From positions 51,747,313 through 51,811,312 of the forward strand of contig JASCQW010000105.1 of assembly GCA_030264375.1 (NCBI GenBank): a stretch of DNA of 64,000 bases, given 5' to 3'. Shown here in pieces: positions 23,507 to 37,110 of this stretch (position 1 is its first letter; each line of letters starts with the position of its first letter). A program made the translations under genes and the position numbers. The stretch is from Carcharhinus longimanus (Eukaryota). The notes below the pieces were generated by a model. That model was not told the origin of the DNA, did not search any database, and saw only the letters and a list, made by a program, of their open reading frames with translations.

Positions 23507-26500
23507 NNNNNNNNNNNNNNNNNNNNNNNNNNNNNNNNNNNNNNNNNNNNNNNNNNNNNNNNNNNNNNNNNNNNNNNNNNNNNNNNNNNNNNNNNNNNNN
23601 NNNNNNTGCTATTAGGCTGATTGGAGGTAATAAATTGTCCCTAAATTAGTTTCCCTCAATGTGGAATGCCAAAGCATAGATAAAAGTCACGGGAGAAGGG
23701 GGGGACTGGTAATGACAAAATGGCGGCGCGGGCTTGTTGGGCCAAAGGGCCTGTTTCCCAGGCTGTTTTTGTTCTTAAAACAAAATCACCAAAATCCATG
23801 CAAATCCTTTGCTTGCTCAATGCCTGTCAGCATTTCATGGTTAGTAATATCTGGATGATTAGCAATTAATGAAAAACACAAAAATAAAATTATTAGTAAC
23901 AAGAAATAATATGGAATAAAAGTTTATTGGACGTGTGACCTGTTTCTCCCCCTTTTAATATCTTGGATAGGTGTCTATGCTCTTGATTTCCAACATGGTG
24001 CTTTAGGCATCACACTGACCATATTGTTACTCACAAAAGCAGCAGCAACACTAATAGCTTCTTCCACTTGCACAGTTGAAGAGCAATTCTTGTGAAATCC
24101 CCTGTGCATGTCTATTAGTGCAAGGGTTAATATTGCAGCATCTTTCTTTGGTGGTCTACAGAGTCTAATTTCAAAATCCACAATATGTCATACAAAACCC
24201 ATCCCTGAGCCAATTTATGCCCCTTTGTAATAATCCCAGCAGTATCACTGACATTTACATTCTACTGATGACAACAGCATAGCAAAATGCTGCAACATTT
24301 GCTGCCTTTCTGCTCCCCCAACCCCAAGGGCACAAAGAAAGAAAAATACTCTGCTGCAAATTTTGTTTTCTTTCTGTAAAAACAGTGTGAAGAAAATATG
24401 CAACAGAGCTAATGCAGAAAAGGAATTTAATAATTTTAAAACAGAAAATGGTTATGGCTAAGTTAAAGAGATATTGCAGATCTTAAGTTTGTTGACAACC
24501 ATATTTCATAAGTTGCTTCTCATCTTGATTTACATTTTATAATTAAGGGGTTTACAATTTATCAATAGAATGATTTTCTTATAGTGATGGCCAATAATGA
24601 ATTACAGACTATTTACGTTTGAAGTTAGAAATGACTGCTGACTATGAAAATTTCAATGTGTTTGCATGACATTCCTCTGCAGTTTTAAAGGAGACATGTT
24701 AACCCACTCAAGATAATTAGCTCCTTTGAAATCGTGGACAGAGGAACAACGCACAATTGCATGCTATTCATCTGCTAATATTTCCAAAAGTAATTACCGT
24801 TCTTCTCTCATTATCTTTTAGTATATCTCATCAGGAAAGTGCCCCCAGGGACAGCACTTCCAAGAGATCACACCTGGTTATGAAACTAAGCCTTAAGTTC
24901 GCTGGTCTAGATTTTCAGTTTCAACTTCTTTGCAAGTAGAAAAGTTTTATAGTTTGCTGACAAGTACTGACAGGACAGCCTCAGGTGTTCTTCATGTGCA
25001 GGTGGCTTCCATATAACTTCAACATGGAGCTTTCTATTTACTTAACAACCCATCACCCACTCCAATGTCCCTTCTCCTCCTCTCCTGTAGTACTCATTCA
25101 AGCGACCATTCCTCACGTGGAAGGTACAGCAGTGAGTTGCAGTAAGCAACAAGACAGTGGGAAACACCATAGACATGCACAATTCTATCCTCTCTCAACC
25201 AACACATATGTTGCAGCAAATCAACAGACAGGAATTAGGAGTTGAAAGCCTTCATGACATTTCTTTAAGTCCTTTGCTACCCCTTTAACTGGGATAGCTC
25301 AGTTAATTTACAACCATGCTATACACTTAATGTTGCAGTGAGATTAGGTAGTCAAAATATAACATTGCAACCAGTTACGCCCACTTTTTCCTTTATACAT
25401 TTTGTTCACATTAATTGTGTTAGGGACCAATCAATCCGACAGTTAACTGATTGAAGAATTTAAAGGGAACTAACTTCCAATGCGAGTTAACTAAGAAGGT
25501 TCAAAACTAAGATTATCACAGTTTGCATGAATTGGGAACCTCACTACATTTAACAAAAGGCTGTTTCATGGTGCAGGCAAACACAGGTTTCAATATATTG
25601 CATCCAGAGTTGGCCACTCATCTTGATATTTGGGCTCTTTTTTCACTACGTAACTTATGAATCCTTGCTAGAAACTTCTTCATCTGGACAGTTCACTCCC
25701 TTCTTTGGAAAACCTCCAAGAAAACTAACTGCAATTTTGGTTTGTCTCTTTCAATCCTTCCCATCTCCTGCTGGAACGCTTCTCTTCATATATAAAATCC
25801 TCATGTTATTTTATACCTAGCACCATGTCAATGTAAGTAGTGGTGAGTTACTCATGTGATCTTAGTCAGAGATCAAAGAGATGTCCATACTGCCAGGGCG
25901 GGTGAAAAGGAGTAGTGGCAATGATGACATTTCCGAAAATGCGAGGATATCCTAGTCAACAGCAGAACTTAAAAGATGCAAGAGCTAAATTTAAAAAACC
26001 AAAGGAATACACATTACAAAAACAAAGGACACACAGAGTTCCAGGTTAATGGCTTAATCCACATTCTCAATACAACAGGTATATCCAATAAAGCGTCAGA
26101 AAAAAGGATGTCAAGAAAATCGATGATTCTGAATATCATGTGAATATGGAAATTTAAGCACTCCAAACTCAGAACAATGAAAATCATTCATATTTTTGCG
26201 AAATGCCAATGGAACCGAAAACCACTGTGGTGTATGAAGGCTTTAACAAGATGCCAGGTTTTATGGTGTTTTAATAAAACAAGAAAATGCACTGATTGTT
26301 GGGACATTTTTGAAGATGTCCTTTTCTCAATGTTGGTTAATATTCATTGCTGCCCAAAGCTCGCTTGTCCCAAAACCGTAAAATCCCACTGGAGATCAAT
26401 GGATCTTCTCTGCTCCGTCCCTCACCCATTCTGATTCCCGTGGCTGGTGGGGCAGGAAAATTCTGGCCCATAGGTTTGGAGGATTGCATTGCTGTCTCTG

Positions 26501-27286
26501 ATGACTTTTGAGCAAAAGTCAGCATGGCCAAAACAAGTTTATATTCATCTCAACTTATCACTAAGGGTGGCAAAGAAAGGAGTTTTACACCTATAGGTAC
26601 AATACTTCCATTCCAACATCTCTTAACAATCCACTTATAACCAAGTCATTATCCTGACCATTTCAATTCCTGTAAATGTTTTTTTATGAACTATTTTATC
26701 TGTGCAAATTTAACTGCAGTAGTATGTCCACCAATGGCTTCAGCTGCACATCAGTGGGCACAAAGGAATGGCAGGCCCAATAACATGCCTTCGACAATCT
26801 GGTTATGCAAAATTAACTCATACACCATGAATTACAGATACAACTTCCTGACAACGGAAAAACATTGTAAACACCTACCACTGTAACCTTTCTGAGCTGT
26901 TAATATTAATGATATTATAGCAGGAAAAACAATAATGGGGTAAAGAGATTTCTTTGCAATTGGGCAGTGAAGAAAAAGAATCCAAATTGGGACAACATTC
27001 AACTTAAACAGACAAACATTTTTGATTCCGACATTCATCCTTAATACAAAATATTCTGTGAATGCAACTTAATATCTCCGGAAATGCTTTTAATGACAGA
27101 TTATTTATCCTTATAAAACTGTGTGTTAATTTGTTTAAATCCACAATATAAATTCATGCAGCAATGCAACAAAATGGGTGGGGGTCGTATTAACTTCCCA
27201 TGGAATACAAATTTTATTGGTGCGTATAAGATCACAGAGAACATTTAAGTATTATGGAAATAATAAGTGTCTCACACAATACTTAC

Positions 27287-27423
27287 GTTTCTAAGTTATC
27301 CCCCTCCAGAACTGTCTGTACTGGCAGATATCCCATCCGAGGATGTTTTGCAAAGTATCTCTTTGTTCGGAACTTGTTTTTTAATACCTTGGCGAAATCT
27401 CGGACATCTTCTCCTGAAGTTGT
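27287..27423 (-). CDS. DMD: Dystrophin exon 70 (137 nt): [46 protein letters not shown]
   Basis: cag|ACAACTTCAGG...TTAGAAAC|gtaagt; 137 nt. Confidence 0.96.
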
Positions 27424-27694
27424 CTGAGGGAAATGCAACCGTAAATTAAATTCTGCACTAATCCTTCAGCTGGAAGTTATCATTTATATTTTGCACACAG
27501 TAAAACTCTAGCAACACATCTTTGAACAAACATGTCACAGAATTAAAGAAAAGAAACATTAGTTGTATCTTTGTGACCATTACACTGTGGAGTTGCTTCT
27601 GACAATAAACATCAATGGGAGCATAGGCATCATCTTCGATGTCAAGGGAGCATCACCACAACTGACGAACCACCTGTGCTTTTTTTTTTCACAA

Positions 27695-27850
27695 TTCATT
27701 TATAGGATGTGGATGTCGCTGGCTAGGCCAGTATTTCTTGCCCATCCCTGGTTGTCTTTGAGAAGATGGTGATGAACTGGCTTCTTGAACTGCTGCAGTG
27801 CCTGAGGAGTAGGTACATCCACAGTGCTATTAGGGATAGAGTTCCAAGAT
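27695..27850 (-). mobile_element. CR1-type LINE 3' tail
   Basis: ggatgtggatgtcgctggctaggccagtatttcttgcccatccct; same family as the tail at 7427. Confidence 0.7.
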
Positions 27851-30800
27851 TGCTAAACAAGATTTTAAAATTCTATGTGAATAAGAGTTTGCTTCTCTGG
27901 CTGGCACAGCAACAAAGCTGTATTCGGTATCAATGCTGCTGCCTTGGGAATTTTCCAATCCCACCCACCACGAGAATCATAGTAGACAGGAACAGACCAT
28001 GCAAAGATCCAATGACCTCGGGTGGGAATTTCTGGCCTGGGGGCAAGTGTAGTCAGAACATCCCACCTATAAGAGTCTGCAGTGTGCTTAGGTTTGCAGT
28101 TTCCTGGAATAGGACACAAGATCTGCAAAAGACTCCCTCGAACAGCCCAGAAGAACTTTTAGACACATCAGGGTGATCTTTCCCCGTGTGTGTGAGAGAG
28201 AGGGAAAGAAGGAGTGGAGAGAGGTTTTGCGTTGGAAGATTTGGGATGCAAGTTGGAAGCTAGCAGGAAGAATATTGGGAAATGAGGTTAGAGGATGTGG
28301 GCTCAAAAGAAGACGGCAAAGTCTCACCATGATGTTGCTCCTGAGGCACAATATGTAATTGTTCTCATTTTTGAGATAGAACTTTTGAAGAATTATAAAT
28401 TAACACTGGTAGAAATAGTAAGGTGGAGATTCTTGTGCTAGAAACCAAGCTTGTGATTTCTCCAAAACTGACTTTTTAGGTTTAATTTCAATAATTGGGA
28501 CAAGCTGCCATCACTTGTCTTGCGTTCAGGGGCAGTTCACCCAATGCAGGGTTCAGATTTGCTACCAAATCCGGCACATTTGAACAGTGAACTGCAAGAG
28601 GGCCAAGTATAGGCCAGCAGTGACTGTGGAGCTGGCCGAGTCAAGCCTGCTAATCCACTGAAGGGCAAGTAAAAAAAAATGCTCCCTGCCATTTCTTCAG
28701 CATTTTCTTGCAGCCTATTAAGAATTATTGTTTAGGATGCTGCAGAACTGGAAAAGTTGCTCAGATCTTTACAGCACACATTCCACGCCTTTTTGCAGAA
28801 AGGTCCTGAAACAGATGCAATACCTTTCTTTGTATATTTAAATCCAACCATCCTCAATTTTCAAGTCTAGCCAGACACTTTAAAACAGTACGGACCAGCA
28901 TAGAGATGGCCATGTTGCCAGTGCAGATCAGATGCAGGACTATGTGCCCAGAAATTGCTAAAAAGATATGAAACGCATTGTACTCCAATGCATCCAAATA
29001 GGTTTTGCTGAATGTGGCCCGTACCAACTGCCAGGATATCGGCTCAAGTCCACTGTACAAAATTAGTTTGACATCACTGGTCAATACAGTTAAGCAAAGG
29101 TCTGTGGCCAGATTGATAGTCACAAGCATGATATTACACCAACTGTTCATAAAATCTGGAGCAGCTGTCCATGTTTAAATCTGGAAATTATGAGAAAGGA
29201 TAATAACAGCTGCCACTGGAAGTGCCTCCATAATAGAAAGTGCAACTGGAATAAGAATGAAGGTGGATTATCTCAAATCACAAACACAATTAATCTTCAA
29301 ACACTAAACTTTAAGGTTTTCAGTTAAAGGGCATTTTCAATTTGCAGAGCTATTTGTTCTTTTACTGCTGCATGGATTTATGTTAGCTAAATAAAAATGA
29401 GCTAGGAAGTATAATTAATTAAATTGTAAATGAAGAAATTGCAAATGAATGATTGCTAGGATTTTAAGCTTTTACACAAAGACAAGAATGGTTAGATCTT
29501 CTACTTTCCAAAGTATTCCATGCCTTGTATTTTGAGAATGTTGATGCAACATAAATAAAATAAACAACCCATTACTGATAGGCAGAAAAAAATGCCTACA
29601 CAATACGGCTGAAATCTTCTGTCCTCGTTTGTGGCTAGGATTTTCCAGTACTGATGGAAGTTAATGGGAATTTTGACTGGAACTCCAAATTTTCCATTCT
29701 GGCTCACAATGGGTCCCCGCCACAGACGAGACTGGAGAATTCCACCCCAGGTCACTTTAATCTTGGTTTTTTTGCTCAAAACTCTGGTTTTAACACAATC
29801 AATTCCCAATAAATGTAATGGAAATTCTTGATTTTCTAATGACTTCAGGGTCAGAAACATGGTTCCACGCTTCATTTACAAGTACAATGAAAACTTCATT
29901 AGAACAGAAATGAAAATAACTGCACGTTGGCCACCGCAGTAAAGCAGAACGGGTTTCCATAATAAAGATGGAGATGACAAGTTAGCAATCTAATAATGTT
30001 CTACATGGTTAATGGCAGCAGATGGATTTTAATTTTTATTTTGCTGTGGAAATTTCTCCAGCCGTATGCAAATACGATTTTGCACGGTAGTTTCTGTGAT
30101 GAATTAATGAACAAGTGGGAAAAGTTTAGACTGGTCGGAGAGAAAAGCAGCTAGGGGTTCTCAACCAGGAAACCCAACCTTGCTTTTAAATCTAAGCCTA
30201 ACGATATTTCCAAGGTCCACCGTGGCTGCTCACTATTGGCAAGATCTTGCAGCCCCACCAGAGTCAACTGTGATTTACATTCCCCACCCCAGCCAGGGGT
30301 CGACTTTCGTGGCACCGGAAGTCCGCTCCCGTGAAATTATTAGGAGTAATTTTTAATCAGCTGCCTGCTTCACATCTTTTCAGAATGTTATTGCTAGTAA
30401 GCCAAAATTACCCCATTATATCTTTGCTTGGGTAAAGGAAAAAGACTGACTTACACTTATATAGCACCTTTCCCCAACTCAATATATCCCAAAACACTTT
30501 ATAATTTATAAAGTACTTCCGAAGTGCAGTCACCGAGTTGGGCATAATTCCACAGAAGCAGCAAACATCCATATTTTTTCTCTCCTTTATCTGGGAAATC
30601 TATACCATCCTGATCACTGTATCAGTTGAAGACAGTTAACGCAGCACTAAACCAGAGATCATGTTTGGAATCATTCCTCATTTGTAAAGCTTAGCTGCTT
30701 ACAGGATAGTTTCAGTGAATCTGTGAGGGAATTCAGATCTCAGATCTAACACCAGCCTTCACTGTGCTTAACTTGTTATTTATTTTTCAGTCAGTGAACA

Positions 30801-31636
30801 GTTTTTCCTATTTCACCTGGAGGAGTGTAAAAGCAAATTCCCTTCCTGAAGCCTTTTCACATTGGGAGAGGGAATCTCTTTTGGCATTCAATGATTTTTT
30901 TCCAATCAACTTTAGACACGCGAGTCTCCCTACAACCATTCCGAACCAAGAATGTGAGGCCATTTCCCACAATGAGGTATGAGCAGAAGAGTTCATTCCT
31001 GCTCTCAACACTGAGGAGCAGAATTAATGATATCTATGCAAACATTCCTGAACTGGAACCACAAAAATTCTCCCAATGCCCATGGTATTGGAGCTGTCAA
31101 AAATAATGAAAGAAAGTCACCGCAACAATACATACAATTCCACAATTAAGGAAAAGTGAATTTTGAGTTCACAAGACTTTGAAAACTATTGTTTTGTGAG
31201 CTATCTTTGCTCTGATGTGTCATTCATTTACTGCAACATCAAGCTGGCCACCAAATATATTAGTATCCAATTAACTTTTGATGAAACTGGTCTAAAAGAA
31301 AGACAAATTTACATTTACAGAGGCAATGTGCATTGTTGGCAAACCTTGTGGAAGTAAATGGAGTAAAGATGGAACACCATTAAAAACATTAATCTAATTT
31401 TCACACAATCACTTCCAGCATGTTCATTTTTTAGTTCTTTATATAGTTTTTCAATTGTCTATTAATATAAAGTTGCATGACTGAATGTCAGAATAAAACG
31501 CTGCCACAACTATCTCAAACACCCAATGAAACTGGCAAACTGAAAGCTCAGTTACTGAAAGGGCTGTTTAGTTAAGAGGATACAGTGAAAGAAATGACTA
31601 TGATTCTGCATTTTGCACATGCAGTTCATAACTTAC

Positions 31637-31748
31637 CGGTGTGCAGTATTCCACCATTGGGTAATGCATTTTATGTCCTTTTGCTGTTCGACCAGAAAAG
31701 AAGCAGCTTTGGCAGACATCATAATTAAAGTGCTTTAAACTTCGGTAC
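31637..31748 (-). CDS. DMD: Dystrophin exon 69 (112 nt), ZZ domain: [37 protein letters not shown]
   Basis: cag|GTACCGAAG...CACACCG|gtaagt; 112 nt; ZZ cysteines intact. Confidence 0.96.
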
Positions 31749-33760
31749 CTGTATTGAAAAAGTTCACAAAAAAGTGGGTGAAACTACATTCCTTGCACCT
31801 CTTGAATCTAAATATATTCAATTAGAATGATTTGTGCAAAGTCTCCTTATCCTGATTTTACCTTGCCTGGACCAGGGCTACTAAAGAGAACTGTCATACT
31901 ACTTAGGGCATCAACCACCTCAGATCAAATTGCAGATCACGTCATCATCCAGTGAATGCTGTATTTTACAGCTGATCCACTGTGGAATTTTGTAAACGTA
32001 TAGTCTATACTAATACTGTTTATACCCATTGATAAGATGATCTAGGTTCAAGAATATATTTGTACTTTTCAACCAAAAATCCTGCCATCAGTGGCAGAAG
32101 CCCTCAGCGCCTCAAAAGCCAGTCTCAGTGGCCCAAAACTGACTTCTTACTTCACCCTGAGCTACCTGGAAACATCTGCAGCTTGCCAGTCTTATTTAAA
32201 TGAAGCTACAGAGTCTTGGCCTTGCCAGTTCCAGTGCAGGAATTGTTTCCTGCATCCAGTTTGCACAGGCATGCTGACACTATCAAATTTTTATTCTTTA
32301 GTCTTTGCCCAACCCCTTGCCACCCCATACCATTCTAATTCTTTCATAATACATCAGTTGTCACACTACGGTTAACACGAGGAGTTAGGAAATACTTCCG
32401 TTCCTTATTTGGGGAATGAGATTAGACCGTAGTAAACTGATCCAATCAGTTCTGTCATTTCCTCACACAAATAGGTTTTCCAATTTTTTTCAGCTTTTTT
32501 TCAAAGAGATTAGATAGCTACTTTGTTGTCTAATATAATGTACTGTATTGTATTCCATACAAATAGAAAAGATCAATGAACAGTATCAATAATGCTTGCT
32601 TTTTCAATGCCTTCTAAAGNNNNNNNNNNNNNNNNNNNNNNNNNNNNNNNNNNNNNNNNNNNNNNNNNNNNNNNNNNNNNNNNNNNNNNNNNNNNNNNNN
32701 NNNNNNNNNNNNNNNNNNNTTTCAATGCCTTCTAAAGTCTCTCCCATTTACTGCAAGTGAATGCGTGTGTGTGTGCGCGCACGTATAGGAATTGATTCAG
32801 TGGAAAGTTTCTAAGGCCAACTGAAGATAAGCTGCAGGTTATGTTCTGAAAGGTATTTTTGGGTACGTTAACATTTGAATATCAAACTAAAGTGAAAACC
32901 AATGTCAAAACTCAGCTGTGAACATCCATGTTTATCAATCCATGACTTGTAGGAGCTTAAGTCCTTCTATACAAGGTTCTGGCTGTGTTTATATACTGTC
33001 TGGGAGGGTGAATGGATATTTGTGTCATTGCATAGTCTGGTTCTCCCAAAGTTTGCTCAATGAAATTAAGTAGGTTACTGAGGATCACACAAGTTGTTTA
33101 AAGGTTTGGTTTCAATGACAGAGCAAGATTGTTTGCAAATCATTTTTTAGACTGCTGGAAATGTGAATGGAGGTCATGTGGATAAGTACTTAACTGTTGA
33201 AATGATTGAATGAAAGTTGCGCTACAGAAGCCTTGAAATTCCTGTAAATGCACAGTGACAGAACTTCAACCAGATTTTTGTTTATGTGCCCAACATTATT
33301 AGGCACGTATTCAAAAACGGTATTCCAGTTTCCCTAATACAAAGCATGTAACAACACTTGGAAGCCAGGCAACATATTTTTGTTCTTTGCTTCTTATTAT
33401 CCATCTGTACTTTGCCTGCTGTATTATTATACTCCCTATTTACAAGGTGCTGCAGTTGCAGGGAGGCAGTGGAAAACCCCCTCTGTTTACTTACTGCCTA
33501 ATTCAGGCAGAAAATTCAGGGCTACAAATTTGTCCAATGATTATTATGTGATTGTTTTGAAATAAACAGAAAGAGTAAAGCTTCTTAATTTCACACAGTT
33601 AAAACAATTTCCTTTCTGCCAATTAAAAGATACAAAATCTCCATGATGGAGCCATGAATAAAGAGTACCTACAACTTTTAATTGTTGTGTTCCAAAATTT
33701 TCCACTAAGGTTTTGGATCATTTATGAAATGATTTCAGTTAAGTAGCAGTAATAGACTAT

Positions 33761-33920
33761 GGCTGGAATTTTCCAGCTGCTTATGCCAGTGGACAGGGCA
33801 CTATTGCCACGGGTTTCCCAGCAGCAAGCGGTGCATCTAAACGGAAAACCCATTGACAGTGACAAGACAAGAATATCTCGCTGCCATCCACTGCTAGGCC
33901 GGTTGTGTGAAAAATCCTGC
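33761..33920. mobile_element. MITE-like element with imperfect terminal inverted repeats
   Basis: Starts ggctggaattttcc and ends gaaaaatcctgc. Related copies at ~26355, 27945, 29607, 35023, 35889 and 61892. Confidence 0.6.
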
Positions 33921-33935
33921 TTCCCCCTTGTGTAC

Positions 33936-34102
33936 CTGAATCCAATGATAGGACATTCCTTGCAGATATTGCACTTGGCCTGGTGTTTGGCAGTCTCTGC
34001 TGCTGCCACTCGGTGAAGCACTGGCATCCAGACCACAGACTGCGGCTCCAGCCTCATCCAATCCAGGAACAAAGCTGCCTCGATCTCTGGCTTGTTGTTA
34101 GC
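33936..34102 (-). CDS. DMD: Dystrophin exon 68 (167 nt), start of ZZ domain: [56 protein letters not shown]
   Basis: Overlaps ORF 33722..34072(-). aag|GCTAACAAC...GGATTCAG|gtacac; 167 nt. Confidence 0.97.
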
Positions 34103-35022
34103 CTTGGGTGTGGAAGGGAGAAGAAATTCAGAGCAATAAGTTCTGCATGTTTGACGATTTTTGGGAAGTTAAGGCAGTGCTGGCACAGATTTCTAAATGT
34201 TGTACATTCTAAATTCATGAACAGTTAAAGCTTCAAACAAGTAGCAGCTGCGTGGCAACTAAAAGGGTTTAGTATCAGAAAATAATGAGTTAATAGATGG
34301 TTTATCTTTCTTTGTATATCACACTGAATACAGGACAGAGCTGAAGGTAATGCTGTAACAAAGGCAATTAGCTCATGACTGTGATCCTGATGGTTATTAA
34401 GAACTTGGAATAAATGGAGAAGTTGTATTGATTTCCCATAACACAATGTGGCACCAACCACCTACTAAAGAAAAACAAACACCAGTCCCATGTGACAAAA
34501 CATACACTTATATAGAGAATAGCGTACAGTTGGAGATTAGAGGACCTAAAAGTGGTCATGTTTATTGCTTGTTTCCTTCCAAAATGTATTAAAATCACTT
34601 TGCTGCAACATTTTGAAGTCTAATTAATTCAAGTATTAACAACGTAAATCGTATTACACTTTTCACCGGAGACCAGAGATGCAGTATACAGGAAACAACT
34701 GGAAGAACAAACAGGCTGCACTCTGGAGCTCGTTAAAAAAATACTTTTCAAAATGCAAACTAAAACACTGAATCTACACTTTGAGCTAGAAACTTGATTT
34801 GGGCAATGGTGCAAAGCAGGTAGTGTCAGGTCAGCCACCCACTACATGGAGTGCAACAGAACTGAGTATCAAATGTTGCATCTAACAGATCATTTTACAC
34901 TATCTTCCGAGGCATATTTCTATCCCTTTGAGGTTTCTTCGAGCATCCTTCTGGGTAAATAAACCAGGATGGGGATAATTTTGATCCCGCATGATGGTGT
35001 AAAATAGGTGATGGCAAATTAT

Positions 35023-35165
35023 GGCTGGAATTCTCCTATCTAGTCTGCCACGGGAATTGTAGCGGGGGGAGTGGGGCTGACACCGTGGTGGACCATGCAA
35101 AGGTCCATTGACCTCGGGTGGGATTCTCCAGTTTTGATACATGTGTGGCCGAAGAATCCCACCCC
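35023..35165. mobile_element. MITE-like element
   Basis: ggctggaattctcc...gaagaatcccacccc. Its internal gaccatgcaaaggtccattgacctcgggtggga is shared with 27945-28070 and, inverted, with 26355-26468 and 61892-62005. Confidence 0.68.
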
Positions 35166-35659
35166 ATATCTCTGATTTTATATTTTTGACCTGTGCTTCC
35201 ATTGAAGTTGGTGGAAATAAAAATTGGGAAGAACCTTTAGAACAGGCTGCCGATTTGCTGTCACCAGCTTCACACTAACACATAAAAGTCAAAATGACTT
35301 CTGTTGTCACAGTAAGCTACACAGGCCAGCAGCACCAACTTGTCCCTGGTTCAGTGCTGAATTATCTGATCTCAAATGTAATAAAAGTGCAACTTGGATA
35401 CTCATTAATGAGTAGAAATAAATCAGGTTGGGGCTCCTTCCTAGATGAGAATGAAAAAATACAAATGCTGAAAAATGTGAAATAAGAACAGTATTACTAG
35501 AAATACATGGCAAATATTTAAAAAAAAACAGGTATATCAAAGGTCAAGAATTGATGCACAGAATCTTTTCTCGCCTCATCAAATACTGACAGGTGCTCCC
35601 TGTATTTTCAGTATATTTTGGCTTTCCCATTCTCAAGTATTAATTAATTACACACACAA

Positions 35660-37110
35660 AAGGCCATTCAGCCCAAAAGTCCGTTCTGCTGTTTATGCTT
35701 CATACAAACCTCCCATCCATCTTTATCTAACCTCATTAACAAATCCTTTTATCCATACCCCCAATGTGTCCATCTAGCTTCCTTTTAACTACATCTATCA
35801 CATTGAAACCACTGCCTGGGTAAAGAGGTTTCTCCTGATTTCCTCATTGAGCCACTAGTTCTTGGTCTCACCTGCAAACAGAAACATTGGCTGGAATTTT
35901 CCAGCCCCTCCATGACGTGACCCACCATGGGAGATGCAGTGGCCCAGCCAAACGTCCACGGACTTTCAGCGGAATCAGATTATCCTGGCAACAGATAGAG
36001 CTGGAAAATTGTGCAAATCATCTCTACTTCTATCACCTCCCCTTCTTAATCATAAACACCTTCATTAGGTTCTCAAGCGGTCTTCCCTTTCAAGGGAAAA
36101 ATGCCTGTTCACTATTTCCTAATAGGCATAATCATTCAATTCTGGTTATCATTCTAATAAATATTTCTTTCATTTTCCCCAGTGCCTTTGTACCCTTTTA
36201 AATTTGGAGACTAGAATTTATAGACGCCTTACAGTGCAGGTGGCCATTCGGCCCATAGAGTCTGCACCAACTCTCTAGCACAGTATCGTACCTAGACTCT
36301 CTTCCCCATTCTATTCCCGTTACCCATTCATTTCCCATGGCAAATCCAACCTACACATCTTGGGACACAAAGGGGAAATTTAGCATGGGCAATCCACCTA
36401 ACCTGCACATTTTTGTGCTGTGGAATCTTCACACTATAACAAATATTGTCTAACCGAAGTTCTATACAAGTTTAACATCATTTTTGTTTTTCAATTCTAC
36501 CCATTTAGAAATGAACCTTAATGATTTATTATTGTTATGGCCTTATTAACCTGTGTCATTACTTAACAACCTGTACAAATCCTCCAGTTCCACTATCCCA
36601 TTTAGACATTATTTTCAAAGGCGTATGCGGCCTCCTTATTCTTACTACCAAAATGTACTACCTCCGTACTTACTACGTTGAAGATCATTTGTCAATGACA
36701 TGCTCGTTTTCAACTTTATTAATGTCTTCTTCTATTTTGTCACATCCCTTCTCTGTGATAACTAGATTCTCCAAGTCGTCCAAAAACTTTGAAATCGTAC
36801 ATCTGGCTCTCAAGTCCAAATCATTTCTGTAAATTGTGAACCCAGCTCCAATCCTTGTCAAACACACTTTCCTCTATTTGCCTACAAAGTAACAACGCTT
36901 ATTCTTTACTGTTTCCTGTTCTGTCGCTAGCTTGCTATCCGTTCTATTTTCCCCTTAGTTCCACATGTTCTACATCTTAGTCATGAGTCTATTAGGAGTT
37001 ACCTTACCAAAGGCTTTACATAAGTTCAAACACATTATGTATCCCATATTCCTCTTCTCTGCACTTTCTTAGAAGAATTCAATGAGATTGGTCATGCATG
37101 ACCTCCCACT
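35660..37110 (-). mobile_element. Decayed CR1 LINE with nested MITE (35889-36013) and SINE (36216-36420)
   Basis: ORF 36685..36867 gives NDLDLRARCTISKFLDD...CDKIEEDINK; 3' tail ggccattcagccc at 35661. Confidence 0.7.

Noticed and set aside
28854-29150. 98-aa minus-strand ORF in intron 69
   Set aside because: No recognisable domain and no convincing splice sites.
32600-32737. Duplicated tttcaatgccttctaaag flanking an N run
   Set aside because: Same gap-overlap artefact; not a TSD or a CRISPR-like repeat.
32763-32785. Short (GT)n/(GC)n alternating tract; also (AAGGGC)3 near 54345 and (CCTAG)3 near 55046
   Set aside because: Trivial microsatellites, too short to imply function.
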